Shown here: piece after piece, positions 25,550-40,500 of the stretch
How positions within the stretch are numbered: position 1 is the first letter of the stretch
How the letters are laid out: each line of letters opens with the position of its first letter
Source of the DNA: Octopus sinensis
Lineage: Eukaryota
DNA: 64,000 bases
Assembly: GCF_006345805.1 (NCBI RefSeq)
Contig: NC_043026.1
Span: forward strand, 6,820,001-6,884,000
Direction of reading: 5' to 3'
Program-made: the position numbers and the translations under genes
The notes under the pieces: model-generated
What the model saw: only the letters and a program-made list of their open reading frames with translations
Databases searched by the model: none
Told to the model about the DNA's origin: nothing

Positions 25550-28500
25550 ACATGAACATCGAAATAAATATCAATGGAAATAGTAGTTGTGATACCTGTG
25601 CCGGTGGCACATAAAAAGCACCATCCAAACGTGGCCGATGCCAGCGCCGCCCCGACTGGCTTCCATGCCGGTGGCACATAAAAAGCACCATCCGAATGTG
25701 GCCGATGCCAGTGCCGCCCCGACTGGCTTCTGTGCCGGTGGCACATAAAAAGCACCATTCGAACGTGGCCGATGCCAGCACCGCCCTGACTGGCTTCCAT
25801 GCCGGTGGCACATAAAAAGCACCATCCGAATGTGGCCGATGCCAGTGCTGCCCCGACTGGCTTCTGTGCCGGTGGCACATAAAAAGCACCATCCGAACGT
25901 GGCCGATGCCAGTGCTGCCCCGACTGGCTTCTGTGCCGGTGGCACATAAAAAGCACCATCCGAATGTGGTCGTTGCCAGTGCCACCTTGGCTGGCTTCCG
26001 TGCTGCTGGCACATTAAAAGCTCCAACCGATCGTGGCCGATGCTGGACCCCCCCCTGGTACCTGTGCAGGTGGCACATAAAAAGCACCATCCGAACGTGG
26101 CCGTTGCCAGCGTCGCCTAGGCTGGCTTCCGTGCCGCTGGCACGTTTAAAAGCTCCAACCGATCATGGCCGATGCCGGACACCCCTGGCACCTGTGCAGG
26201 TGGCACGTAAAAAGCACCCACTACACTCTCGGAGTGATTGGCGTTAGGAAGGGCATCCAGCTGTAGAAACTCTGCCAGATCAGACTGGAGCAGCCCCTGG
26301 CTTCCCAGACCCCGGTCGAACCGTCCAACCCGTGCTAGCACGGAAAACGGACGTTAAACGATGATGATGATGATGATGTGTGTGTGTGTGAGACATGTTA
26401 TGCCCATATAAGGATAGAATTTCTGGACGTTACCTGTGCCAACATTTTCGCTTGTTTCACCATCTCGTGCGCATCACCGACACTGCTGAAAAGTCGGTCT
26501 GTTGCTGTTAGTATGGTGTCAACAGCTTGTTCATTCTGGCCACCCTGGAATACAGAGATCATGACATTAAACAATGGGTACTCAATAGGGGTGCACATAG
26601 CTAGAGGGGTTTGTATGAAGGAAACCAATTAGAGGGACCCTGATGGATGGATCTGCAGGAAGAGAACTAGCTGGATGGGTCTGTATGAAGGAAACCAATT
26701 AGAGGGACCCTGATGGATGGATCTGCAGGAAGAGAACTAGCTGGCTGGGTCTGTATGAAGGGAACCAATTAGAGGGACCCTGATGGATGGATCTGCAGGA
26801 AGGGAACTAGCTGGATGGGTCTGTGTGAAGGGAACCAATTAGAGGGACCCTGATGGATGGATCTGCAGGAAGGGAACTAGCTGGATGGGTCTGTATGAAG
26901 GGAACCAATTAGAGGGATCTGCAGGAAGGGACCTGCCAGAAGGGCCTAAAAGAGGAACCCAGCTAGAGGGGTCTAAAAGAGGAGCTCAACTAGAGGGATC
27001 CAATAAGAGGAGTCAGCAAGACAGGACCCGGATAGAGGGATCTGCAGGAATGGGACCTAACTGGAAGGGTTTATATGATGGGACCCAGTTTGAGGGATCT
27101 GCAGGAAGGGACTTGCAAGAGGAGTCTAAAAGAGGAGCCCCCAGCTAGAGGAGTCTAAAGGAGGTGACCCAATTAGGGGGATTTACAGGAAGGAAGCCAG
27201 CTAGAGGGGACCCAGCTGGAGGGGACTAAAAGAGGAGCACAGCTGGAGGAGTTTAAAGGATGTGACCCAACTGGAGGAATTTACAAGAAGGAACCCCAGC
27301 TAGGGGGGTCTAAAAGATGGGACCCAGCTGGAGGAAATTACAGGAAAGGACTCATTAGAAGGGGCTAAAGTGTGTATGGGTGTGGAGGGCAGCTGGATGG
27401 GTCTATAAAAATTTTACTAATGTCTTATCTTTCTTTTTTTTTTTGGTGGTTCTGGGTCCCTGGTATTTGTAACTTTGAAAAACCACGGGCCCTTACAAGG
27501 GGTTTTTGACAATGGGGAAAGAGTAATACAAAAACAGATGCAAGCGAGGAATGAGAGAGAAAGAGTAGTAGTAGTAGTGGTAGTAGTAATGGTGGTGGTA
27601 ACAGTTACAGTAGTACCAATAGCTAAGGTCGTAGTAGTAGTGGTAGTAGTGTTGTAGAAGTAATAATGGAAGTTGTAGGGTAGTAGTGGTGGTAGTAGTA
27701 GTAGCGGTGGTGGTGGTGGTGGTAGCAGTAGTGATAATAGTGTGGTGATGATGCTGGTGGTGGTGGTGGTAGTGATAATAGTGTGGTGGTGATGCTGGTG
27801 GTGGTGGTAGTAGCAGTGGTGGTGGTAGTTGTGGTGGTGGTGGTAGTGGTGGTAGCAGTAGTGATAATAGTGTGGTGGTGATGCTGGTGGTGGTGGTAGT
27901 AGCAGTGGTGGTGGTAGTTGTGGTGGTGGTGGTAGTGGTGGTAGCAGTAGTGATAATAGTGTGGTGGTGATGCTGGTGGTAGTGGTGGTGGTAGTTGTGG
28001 TAGTAGTAGTAGTGGTGGTGGTGGTGGTAGCAGTAGTGATAATAGTGTGGTGGGGATGGCGATGTTGGTAGTGATAGTATTAGTAGTGGTAATAGTATTA
28101 GTAGTGGTGGTAGTAGTAGCAGCAATAGTTACGGTAGTGGTAGAAAAAACGGTAGTATTGGTACTGACCTCACCACTGCCTGTCCCCATCTTGACATGTT
28201 GAAGGAGATCATTAAGTGCCTTGGTAACTGCTGTTGCTGCTTCTCCTAAATCGCTCAGCAGATGCTCATCTTTGCAGGCAAACTGGAAACGAAAAAGAAA
28301 AACAAAAGGGTTTAACAGATTTAATAATAATCCCACCCACGAATGGATTATATGATCTGGCTACAAAGCTTCATTAACAGGTTTTATTGAGACATAACAT
28401 ATTAAACTTTCAGTTATGCTAGATGTGCGATATCTATAAGGTTATGAAATGCGTTACAATACAACGGTCTCCCAAATCATCAGGCTATCCCATGCAGGTC

Positions 28501-30187
28501 AGTATTTGATATCTTGTTAGACTGCATTTAACCGTGCTGGTGGCACGTAAAAAGCACCATCCGAATCGTGGCCGAAGCCAGTGCCGCCTCGACTGGCTGC
28601 CGTGCCGGTGGCACGTAAAAAGCACCATCCGAATCGTGGCCGAAGCCAGTGGCGCCTCGACTGGCTTCCGTGCCGGTGGCATGTAAAATGCACCAATCCG
28701 ACCGTGGCCGATGCCAGCCTCGCCTGGCACCAGTGCAGGTGGCACGTAAAAAGCACCCACTACACTCACGGAGTGGTTGGCATTAGGAAGGGCATCCAGC
28801 CGTAGAAACATTGCCAGATAAGACTGGAGCCTGGTGCAGCCTTCTGGCTTCCCAGATCCCCGGTCGAACCGTCCAACCCATGCTAGCATGGAGAACGGAT
28901 GTTAAACGACGATGATGATGAAGCAAACATCTCTTTAAGTGCTTTGTGGAAAAAGAATCCAACCAGCTAAATTGTTGAGTTTGTACCATGGAAATCCATA
29001 CATGTTGATCACTTCTTGTGATAAATACAATTTGTAAATCCAGGGTAGATCACCATTTATTTTCAGTGTTTTAATCAGAAAAGACTTCAGAACAAAAATA
29101 AATAAATAACTGATGCTGCATCTTCATTCTTGATGTTCCAAGGTCGTTGTAGCTGGGGATGGTTGTGGGGATAGATTCCCAAATACATAGAAAATATTCT
29201 CATAAGGTATGCGTTTCGAATAACCTCTGACAACCAAGACCACCAGCTCCTGGCCTGCTCAACGGCCAGATGTTAGCCTTTTTGGAACTGCTTCATAACT
29301 GGCAGGAATGTTTACAGATATATCTATACACACACACACACATTGAGTTCCAGACCAAATTCCAATTCTTACCATTGCAGCCTCAACGATTCCATCCACA
29401 GAATTTGCAACTTGTTTCGCTGCATCGAACAACTGGTCGCGGCAGGCTGGGTTACTGATTGTTGGTGCAACAACCTGAAAGAAAAAATAAAAGCAACAAT
29501 TGAAAAAGCAGGAACGGATGAAGCGGTGGGGGGGGGGCTGCACTCAATAAAAGTGATGACGATGATGATGATTGTTATGATAATGACAATGATAGTGATG
29601 ATGATGTGGAGGTGGTCATGGTGGGAACAATGAGGCACAGAGGATAATAATAATGACGATGATGATGTGGATAATTTATCTTTTAGTTCTAGCAAAGACG
29701 AAGTGATGGTCTTAAGTGGATTGGTATCAAAAGAATTTATCCCAGGTTAACCCACCCCCCTTTTTTTTAAAATCATATTTCTGCTAAAATCCTGCTTTTG
29801 TCTTAATTTCAAAAATAAAGAATTTAGTAAAATGAATTTGTCGTAATTAAAACGGTATTTGGAACATTAACTAACTTGGAATTTAGGTCACCTTTGGAAA
29901 AGGAAGCAGGAGTGTTGGTCACAGGTGGGTTGGTATCAAAAGGGTTAAAGATGATGATAATGACAATGTTGATGAGTTGTGAAATAAACAAAAGTATGAG
30001 AAGAAAAACAAAGAAAAAGGTAAAACAAACTTTGTAAAGGTGGAAGTTTGAAAGAGAGACAGGGGGGGAGAGAGTATGGGGAGAGAGGGGAGACAAGGGG
30101 ACAGGGAGAGGGGAGAGAGAGAGATTGGAGAGGGTGGAGAGAAAAATAGAGGGGAGAGAGGGAGAGAGAGAAGAGAGGAGAGAGAGG

Positions 30188-30247
<60 letters not shown>

Positions 30248-31552
30248 AGTCAAAGAGACAAAGGAGGAGAGAGGAAAAGAGAAAGTGTATAGATGTTACC
30301 TTGGCACAGGCAACAAGTTGAGATGTTGCCAGGGCACACTGGGTCGCCGAATTGATCACCTTGTTCTGAAGAGCCTGGTCTTCACACTTGCGAGACACAT
30401 CTTTGGCTTTCAGGACCAGTGCTGCCGTAGCGTTGGCAACAGCTTTTGCCAAGGCCAATAGAGTGTCCTGCATCACACACAAAGAAAAGTTTAAATACAC
30501 AGTTACATAAATATATATAGATAGATATATGTACATAGATATATTCTCCTGACGAAGGAAGCCTGTCTAGCTGGTCGCATAGCCTTAACTTTTTGCACAT
30601 TCCATCTGCTAATTATGAACATAAACAATTATTATGTAATCCTGAGCTACCAGAAACAGCTGTCGAGTTAAATTATATTATATATTGTTGCTATTATGTT
30701 AAACTGCCGTATGTCAAAATTTGGCCAAATGTGCTTTTTCAATATAACAATTAAAGAGATTTGAAATAAGGAATACTACTCATTCCATTTTCTCTTACTC
30801 ATCTATATATCCATATATATGTATAGACACACACACACATGAAAGACCAGTTATGACCAAGAAGCTATTCTCAAAGAACTCAAGATGGGGCTTCACATCA
30901 AGAATGTTTTAACATGGACTTGAAATGATTTGTTACAAATGGCCATATGTTTCCCTCCATACATGGAAGACACAGCCAGCAGTAACAAATAATTTTAACA
31001 GCATGCATGAGGTGTGTAAGCAATGTTTATATGGATGATGTTATTGTAGACTTACTTGGAAGGAATGGTCCAGTTCTCCACCTTCTGCGACACCCTTCAT
31101 AATGTCATGGCTAGCATCACCCACCTTGTGGGCAGCTGTCACTATATTCTGGTTCGGCTGAAAGCAAAACAGATATACACATATATTAAAATAGATAAAT
31201 CCCAATGGAGCTGGATTAAAAAAACAATTATACAAGATTAACGCTAGATTAAGACAAGCAATATTCAATGTAAAAAGAATGGAGCTTACCCCTCTTGTTC
31301 CTGGTTGCGCTGCATTGAGGAGATCAGAGAAGGCACCAGCTAGAAGCTTGGCAGCATCCAGTAACTTGTTACCACTGCCTTCCCCCTGCAGTGCGGCCAG
31401 CATACGAACATCGTGTGAAAACTCGTTCATGTTTGAAGAACTGAAAATGGCATCGTGGTCAGGGGAAGGAAAAAACAAAAGAAGACAATGTTAAAACATG
31501 GAGGAAAAATATAGTTTCTTTACACTGGAATAAAGGTGTGTGTAAGAGAGAG

Positions 31553-31593
<41 letters not shown>

Positions 31594-34500
31594 CTGGATG
31601 GCTGGATGTGAATTGTGGTTTTGAGTTCTGAAGATTGAGCAGAACCATTTGTCACATGGGATCATTACCAGCGTCGCCTTACTGGCACCTGTGCCGGTGG
31701 CATATGTAAAAAGATACGAGCGAGGTCATTGCCAGTACTGCCTGGCTGGCCCCCGTGCCGGTGGCACGTAAAAAACACCCACTAAACTCACGGAGTGGTT
31801 GGCGTTAGGAAGGGCATCCAGCTGTAGAAACTCTGCCAGATCAAGATTGAAGCCTGGTGCAGCCATCTGGTTCGCCAGCCCTCAGCCAAAATCATCCAAC
31901 CCATGCCAGCATGGAAAGCGGACATTAAACAATAATGATGATGAGGGGGCGTACCATTTCACTACAACACCAAGTATTACTGTACCTATACAAGCACACA
32001 CATAACCACACAAACATATATATATATATACACATTTACACACACTATTGTAAAGAGGTACAGCTTCAAACTGGAGTTGGCCCAATGATGATATTTTCAT
32101 TTGAGGCGACCTGGCAGCTGGCAGAATCGTTAGCACGCCGGCCGGAATGCCTAGCGGTATTTCGGCTGCTGTTACGTTCTGAGTTCAAATTCTGCCGAGG
32201 TCGACTTTGCCATTCATCCTTTCGGGGTCGATAAATTAAGTACCAGTTACACACCGGGGTCGATATAATCGACTTAATCCGTTTGTCTGTCCTTGTTTGT
32301 CCCCTCTGTGTTTAGCCCCTTGTGGGTAGTAAAGAAACAGATATTTTCATTTGAGAAGGGGAAGGAAGCTGTCCCAGAAGGGGGTGAAGATGGCAGGGGA
32401 CAAAACACAACCACTCACATTGTATGGATTGCAGCTCCGAGTGCTGTGGCATCGTGCTCTTCCTGGACATTAGTGAGACTCACAAGTTGTGCGGTAGCGG
32501 CCCCCATAGCTGACAACTGCGCGGTGACCTTTTGCTTCGAAAGATCTAACTCGTTCTCAGCCCATTTCTTTGAAGCCTGGAGGACATGAAGAATAAAGAA
32601 AAGAAACGGATAAGAAAAAACAAAAAAAAAAATAAACCACGAAGAAAAGATGATCAAAGAACGTGACATTGTAATACTTCGTGTAAAGTAAATATAACAA
32701 ATGAAAAATCCTTCAAGAATTCATAAAAATTCCTGGATCACTACCAAAATTTCATCATCTGTTCCTTGTGTCATTACAAACTTTTCCAGCAAGTTTCGTC
32801 AAATACCATTCACAACTTTTTGAGTTATTTTGCAGACAGACGGACAAACCAATGCCAATGAAAACATAACCTCCTTCCTTGGTGGAGGTAATTACAAAGG
32901 GAGACACTTGCTGCCGACCGCTCATCCTGGCGCAGCGCAATCACCACAGGAGCAAAGACAGCCGAGGAGAGATGGATTCAGTCAGCAGAACAGAAACGCC
33001 AGATGTGGAAAGCCAGAGCCACCTGCACCAATAGCACAGCCCCTACCCACTTCTGCACCACCTGTGGGAGGGGCTTCCTTGCCCGGATTGGCCTCACCAG
33101 CCACCTCCGGTCTCACAGCAGCAATTCCACCAAATGATGTCAATGGTCATCTTCGAACCTGAAGGACGAACATTATAATTACAAAGGTATGGAGCCTCAC
33201 CTGTAGGGAGTTTGTTGAGGGAGAGATTTGGCTGTTAGATTATGTAACATCAAGTGACTATACAGAAGCTCCCTCACTAGCTCATGTGGTCCCTATTTTA
33301 ACCCTTTAGCATTCAGGTTACTCTGCCAAATGTAACGCTTATCTATTCATCTTGTAGATTTGAGATTTCAATAATGAGATTATTTTTTAAAATGGCATTG
33401 TAGAGTAGGTATGAGAGGCCCAATCAGGCCAGTTTGAATATAAAACAAGAGATTTAGGTTAGATGTGGCCTGTTTAAAAGCCTAAAAGGGGTTAAATTTC
33501 CCTGGTGATGACACTCCTGTGGAAATGATCTCTGGCTCCCAAAACTGAACTAAAACCAACAGATTCAACTTAACCCTTTACTGTTCAGATTATTCTATCA
33601 AACATAATGCTTATTGATTTGAATTAATCATGCATTATCTCATATCTTCAAGATCTTGATGGTGTAATTACTTAATGTAGAATAACATTGTAGGGTAGGT
33701 GTGAGAGCCTGGATCTGGTCAGTTTGAACATAAAGCAGATGAAATATTTTGGCCGGATATGGCCGGTTTAAATACTAAAGGGTTAAATACCCAAAAAAGA
33801 AGCCAAATTGAAATTAATTCTTTCTGGAATTACTTACCGCATCAGAGCCAAGCTCAGGCAAATCAGCTTTTTTCGCAAGCTCAGTTCTAGCATAGTCAAT
33901 ATTATCCAACCCCTCCTTAATAGTGGTTAATAGGGCCTTCTGGGCCTTACTAAGGATAACTTCGCGGACACTCTGACTCTGAAATAGAGAAATGAGTTTA
34001 ACAGATCAGTACAAAACATGCAGATGGATCAGATACAAGTCAGATGAGAAAGTAACGGAATTGGTGCCATAAAGACAAAACTGCAACCCCAGATCAGTTC
34101 GGCATTTGAAGGTGTCCCCTTTTGAAGTCACAAACTTTATCCAGTGTCCTTTATCAACAAAAGAGCACCATACGAGTGTGGTTGTTGACAGAGCGGCTAA
34201 GTGGCATCTGTGCCAGTGGCACATAAAAGGGCACCATTCGAGTGTGATTGTTGCCAGAGTTGCCTTACTGGCACTTGTGCTCGTGCTAGCAGGGTGCCAA
34301 GAGCACCATCCGAGCGTGATCGTTGCCAGAGCAGCCAACTGGCTACCGTACCAGTGGCATGTAAAAGGGCACCCTTTGAGCGTGATCGTTACCATCGCCT
34401 TACTGGCACCTGTGCCGGTGGCATGTGTAAAAAGATTCGAGCGAGGTCGTTGCCAGTACCGCCTGACTGGCCCCTGTATGTGAAAAGCACCCACTACATT

Positions 34501-37500
34501 CATGGAGTGGTTGGCGTTAGGAAGGGCATCCAGCTGTAGAAACTCTGCCAGATCAAGATTGGGGCCTGGTGCAGCCATCTGGTTCACGAGCCCTCAGTCA
34601 AAATCGTCCAACCCATGCTAGCATGGAAAGCAGACATTAAACAATGATGATGATGATGATGCCAAAATGTATATGGAAGGCGGATGTTAAACGATGATGA
34701 TGATGATGATGTGGTCTCATTAATAATCTCCTTTTGAAGCCAGACATTTTATCCAGCCCCGTTTCCATTGACAGAAGCATTTCTGGAACTCCTTTTTTGG
34801 GGGAAACCAAGCAGCTGCCTTGCTGCATTCTCTTGGGTTCCTTCGATGTCTTGAAATCTTGTTCCTCTCAAGTCGGATTTGATTTTTGCCTTGGTTTCAG
34901 GGTCAAAGCCAAAGACCTAGGATTTGTTCCCTGTTACCACTGTTTTTGAAAATTTTTCATCTTCTTCAACACAATCAAGGAGATCCTGCATAGCTGAGCC
35001 CTAATCTTGGACCTCCTCAAAGTCTTGAAATCTTGTTGGAGGCCCTTCCACAGTGAAGACCGAACCTTGGCTTTGGGGGTCATAGCCATAGACCCACAAG
35101 TCATCGCGATTCATCACGACCATTTTCAAAAAGTTCTCGTCTGCCTTGACACAGTCATAGAGACCCTGCCATGCAGAAACCTGGTCTTCTTTTTGAGACA
35201 ACCACACTCTACACACTTTACTTCAAAGCATTGCTAAAAACCACAGAAGCAAGCAAGAACATTACAACTTTGTGTGCATATGCAACATACTTCAAGGTCA
35301 ATCTGTGCCAAGGGAGTTCACTCTGTGTATTTTAACTCTCTTGGAATAGCAACAATCCTGATACTTTTTGATCAGACCTAATGTAAATGTATCTGTTGAA
35401 TCCTTCAGGATATGATAATGATAATAATAATAACAATAATAATAATAATAATAAAATGCTCACCTGAACTGGAGCTTGTCCCGGGAACATAGGACTGGAG
35501 GTTTCACCAAATTCGGCACGACCAAATGTGCCGACAGAAATCGTGCCACCTTCAGGCATAGCATCACGGATGACAGCGGGAATAGCTACGTTGCCCGAAC
35601 TTGGGTGATCGACTTTAGAATCAACATGTTTAATGATAAAGGCTCTGAGGAAGGAAAAACAACAAAATATGGAGATTCGTTAGAGAAACAGGTGAGAGAG
35701 AGAGAGAGAGAGAGACTACAGATAGATATTATTCTTACTCTTTACTCTTTTACTTGTTTCAGTCAAATCGACCCCAGGACTTATTCTTTGTAAGCCCAGT
35801 ACTTATTCTATCGGTCTCTTTTGCCGAAGCAATGTTGGGGGGACAAACATATATATAAATACATATATACGACGGGCTTCTTTCAGTTTCCGTCTACCAA
35901 ATCCACTCACAAGGCTTTGGTCGGCCCGCGGCTATAGTAGAAGACACTTGCCCAAGGTGCCATGCAGTGGGACTGAACCCGGAACCATATGGTTCATAAG
36001 CAAGCTACTTACCACACAGCCACTCCTACATTCAGGGATGTAGCTAAACTGGCACCGTCTGGAGATGAGGGTTCCAGTTGATCAGATCAACAGAACAGAC
36101 TGCTTGTAAGATTAATGTACAACTGGTCGAGTACTCCACAGACACACATACCCTTAATGTAGTTCTGAGGGCTATAGTAGAATACACTTGTCCAAGGTGC
36201 CACGCAGAGGGACTGAACCTGGAACCATATGGTTCATAAGCAAGCTTTGGTAAAAAATTTGGGCAACAGCAAATATTCTGCTCAATACCACAGATTTGCT
36301 TGTCAGTTGTTTGACCTTAACCAGTTGATTATGTCCCTTGGTGGCTGACGATATGTGAATCTCTGACCATGAGCAGAAGTAGTGGGGGAGCATCATAGCC
36401 ATGTATTGAGAGGGATTTTTTGGGGTTTGAATAATTCACCTCTGGAAACATGGGTGGTTCTTTCAACATCCTCAAACAAACCTTATTCAGGGACATTTTG
36501 AGCGGGATGGATTACTCGACCAGAAGAAAATTCTAACTGGGACACCCCACCCTACAGGGTCATGCGCTGATAACCTTGATTTGAAGTAACCATGTTGCGT
36601 GCATATGGTTGTGATGCATGTGCCTGGTGTACTCTTATCAAACGGGTAGTCATGATGGGTATACTGGGCTTCGTATATTTGTACCCCAGTGTCACTTTGA
36701 TGCCATGTACTGCTCTCTCAATAATTATAACAATGATAATAATAATAATAATAAAAATAATAGTAATAATAATAATAATAATCCTACGTACTAAAGGCAC
36801 GAAGCCTGAAATTTTGTGGGGGTGGGCAAGTTGATTACGTTGACCCCAGAGTTTCACTGGTCCTTAATTCATCGACCCCGAAAGGATGAAAGGCAAACTT
36901 GATCTTGGCAGAATTTGAACTCAGAACATAAAGACAGACAAAATGCTGCTAAGCATTTTGCCCAGTGTGCTAACGATTCCGTCAGCTCCCCACCCATGAG
37001 CCTGCCAGCTCCCAGCTGACAATTTTGTCAGCTCCTAGCCTTAATGATAATAATAATTCATCTTTATATATAAAATTGAAGTTGTGTGTGTGAGACTCTG
37101 TCTCCTCCGATTTAGATTCTTAACTACCCCCACATTTTGCAGTGCAGTTTCACCAAAAGCGGGTATCTTATAGTCGTCATTCATATGGAGCCCTTCTGGG
37201 TATTAGCACGCGTCTACGATGAGTCTACGATTTAAAAAAAAATTTACCATCATTTTCCCGCATTTTTAATGATTTTTGCTCGGGTTATATAAGGGAAGTA
37301 ACTCTCTAAAAATGCTTATATAGTTATTTCCCTTACAAACCCGAGCAACGCCGGGCGATACTGCAAGTTTCAAAATAAAAAAAAGATTTTTCACTTACTG
37401 GGCAGGGGTGACCCTGTCTTCGTACATGGAGGACACCTCGTCACCTTCGATGCCCAAATGGTCTTTAGCCTTTTTCTGTAACAGAAACATAGAGAGTACA

Positions 37501-40500
37501 TAGAATGATGCTGCCGAGAGAGGTGATGAGGTGACGAAGAAAGGGACTTTAATTTAAAAAAAAAAAAAAAAAGACAACATACATCTGGGGTTTCACTTCA
37601 TATATTTGCACCCTTTTCTGCTCTAGCAGGGATTTGCTCTCAATGCAGGGCAAACCTGTTTCATTGATACTGATATCATTAATTAATGGTCCAATTAATG
37701 GTTCATTTAACAGATTGCTTTGTCTAAAACCTGAGAGCTTTTAACCATCTGCAGGGGTCACAAAGGTCCTCTTTACCATCACTATAAGAATGATAATCCT
37801 TTTTACTATAAGCACAAAGCCTGAAATTTTGAAGGAAGGGTCTAGTCGATTACATCGACCCCAGTGTTTCACTGGTACTTAATTCATCAACCCCAAAAGG
37901 ATGAAAGGTCATGTTGACCTCAGCAGAATTTGAACCCAGAACACAGCGATGGGTGAAATACTGCTAAGCATTTCGTCCAGTGTGCTAACGATTCTGCCAG
38001 CTTGCTTCCCTAATGATGATAAAAATAATAATCCTTTTTACTATAGGCACAAGAACTGAAATTTAGGGGAGGGGACTAGTCGATTGCATCGACCCCAGTG
38101 TGTAACTGGTACTTAATTTATCAACCCCGAAAGGATGAAAGGCAAAGTTGACCTCAGTAGAATTTTAACTCAGAACTTAGCAACAGGTGAAATAATAATA
38201 ATAATAATAATGAAATTATTGTACACAGTGCTCAGGTGCACCACAACCTGTCAAAAGTGTGTATAAAGCTTGTGCAGTAATGTACAAATGTCTGGGAAGT
38301 GAACAGTGTATGAGTCAGATACATGCTTGCATGTGTATGGAGGGGAGAAAATCAGGTGTAGTGTTAGCGAATCTCAGGAGTCATGGAAGTTTTGAACGAT
38401 GCAGTGCTCCGACAACCAACAACTGATGCCAGCAGTTTGTTCCATGCTTCAGCAACTCTTAGCGTGGAAAAATGTTTCCGAAAGTCATGGAAGGAGCTGT
38501 GCTGTTTTCTGACTTTGTAAACATGTCCACGGGTGTTAGACAGGTGGAGCTTGAAAATACTGTCAAGTATTTCGTCCAGTGATGATGATGATGGTGGTGA
38601 TGATAATGATGGTGGTGATGGTGATAATGATGGTGGTGATGGTGATAATGATGGTGGTGATGGTGATAATGATGGTGGTGATGATGATGATGATGCTGTT
38701 GAAAGGAAAAACAAAACTTACCTTTCTCATGATAATATCAATATATCCAGAAATGAGTTGTGAAATTTGCTCCCCCTCCGTCGTTTGAACTGAGTAATAT
38801 TCATTAGAATAGTCCCCTAAATCCTGCAAGGGAAAGGGGCCAACAGGAGGAAAAAGAAAAAAGAAAAAAATATGTTAATGAAATATCATTATGGTGGACT
38901 GGTGCCCTATCCAGGGGCAAATATGAAGCGAGGCAGGAATAAGACACACACAAAAATATCAAAGAAAAAGACTTACCAGGGTAAAACTATTCGGGGATGG
39001 TGCCCATCGCTTTAGTGCTGTGAGGGGCCACGTCATGATAATCTGTGGGAAAGAAATACAGGTTCAATGTTTCATTCAGGGAAATAACCATTCATTTAAT
39101 AATAATAATAATAATAATAGCAAATAATAATGATAGTAAAAGGGGCTGATTGCTACCTAACTCAGAGACCAGGAAACCCCAAAATGACTTGGAGCCAACT
39201 TGTACAAATACAAAGCAAAGGTCAACCATATAATAATAATGATAATAATATAAAGATTATATGCATATACATAATATGAGCAAATATAAAGATCTTGAAA
39301 TAGAAGTCAGCAAAATGTGGAACCTGAAGACTAAAACAATACCTGTTATCATCGGTGCCCTGGGAATGATAGCAAAAGGGGCTGATTGCTACCTAGCTTA
39401 GATACCAGGAAACCCCAAAATGGCAGAAATTCAAAAGGGAGCGCTCATGGGAACTGCTCATATCCTACGCAAAATACTTTCTATGTAATCTCAAGTTTTA
39501 AAACAAACATAATTTTCGTATGTTTTTTTTAGACATTCACTAGTACAACACAAAGTACAAAACCAAATACATGGCACCCTAGGCCTAACACCAACACGAA
39601 CTTCCAACCTGTTGTCTCTTGAGGTCTCTGGGTGAGACTTGGAGCCAACTTGTGCAAATGTAAGCCAAAAGTCAAACATATAATAATAATAATAATAATA
39701 ATAATCCTTTCTACTGAAGGAACAAGGCCTGAAACTTGAGGGGCTGGAGGGGAACTAGTCAGTTACATTGAACCCCAGTGTTTCACAATTTGGGAGTAAA
39801 ACCTTGCAAAAAAGTAATGCCCGGATTAGCTGTCATCTCCAAGACATTGAAAGAACTTCCTTCCAAAAGTTACCAAATGTTGGTCTGCAAGTTCTGAGCA
39901 GGATTCTTTGAAAGAAAAGGAGAGCTTCTTAGAAACTCTCAGTATGGATGGTCATAGGAAAAGAAAAAAGAGATTTACTCGTCTCTCATCTATTTAAAGC
40001 CAAGCACATCAAAGGTGGATAAAAGGGGCCGGGCCGAACCCGTGGACGTCTGTGAAAGCAAAGAGGTTAGAAAAGGAAGGGAGATGATTCACAGAATTAC
40101 GTCCCTTGAAACGCTGCACATTAAATTATATTTTTTTTTTCTTTCACTGCGTTACGTATCATTGACGTCATTGTTTTAAGGTCCACTTTTCTATGCTTGC
40201 ATGGGTCAGATGGAATTTGTTGCAGCAAATGTCCCACCTATTTCCAAGCAAGGTGATACCATCTGCGGGTGGCTACACATGTTTCCACAGAACAAAGGAC
40301 AAAGACGCTTGTTTAAAACTTCTGTCAAGACAAGAGAATAACACACACACACACATACGACGGGCTTCTTTCAGTTTCCGTCTACCAAATCCACTCACAA
40401 GGCTTTGGTCGGCCCGAGGCTATTGTAGAAAACACTTGCCCAAGGTGCCAGGCAGTGGGACTGAACCCAGAACCATGTGGTTAGGAAGCAAGCTTCTTAC

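Noticed and set aside
25595-26930. CRISPR-like appearance of the 67-bp and 70-bp arrays
   Set aside because: Units are contiguous with no unique spacers, there are no cas genes, and the context is a eukaryotic intron.
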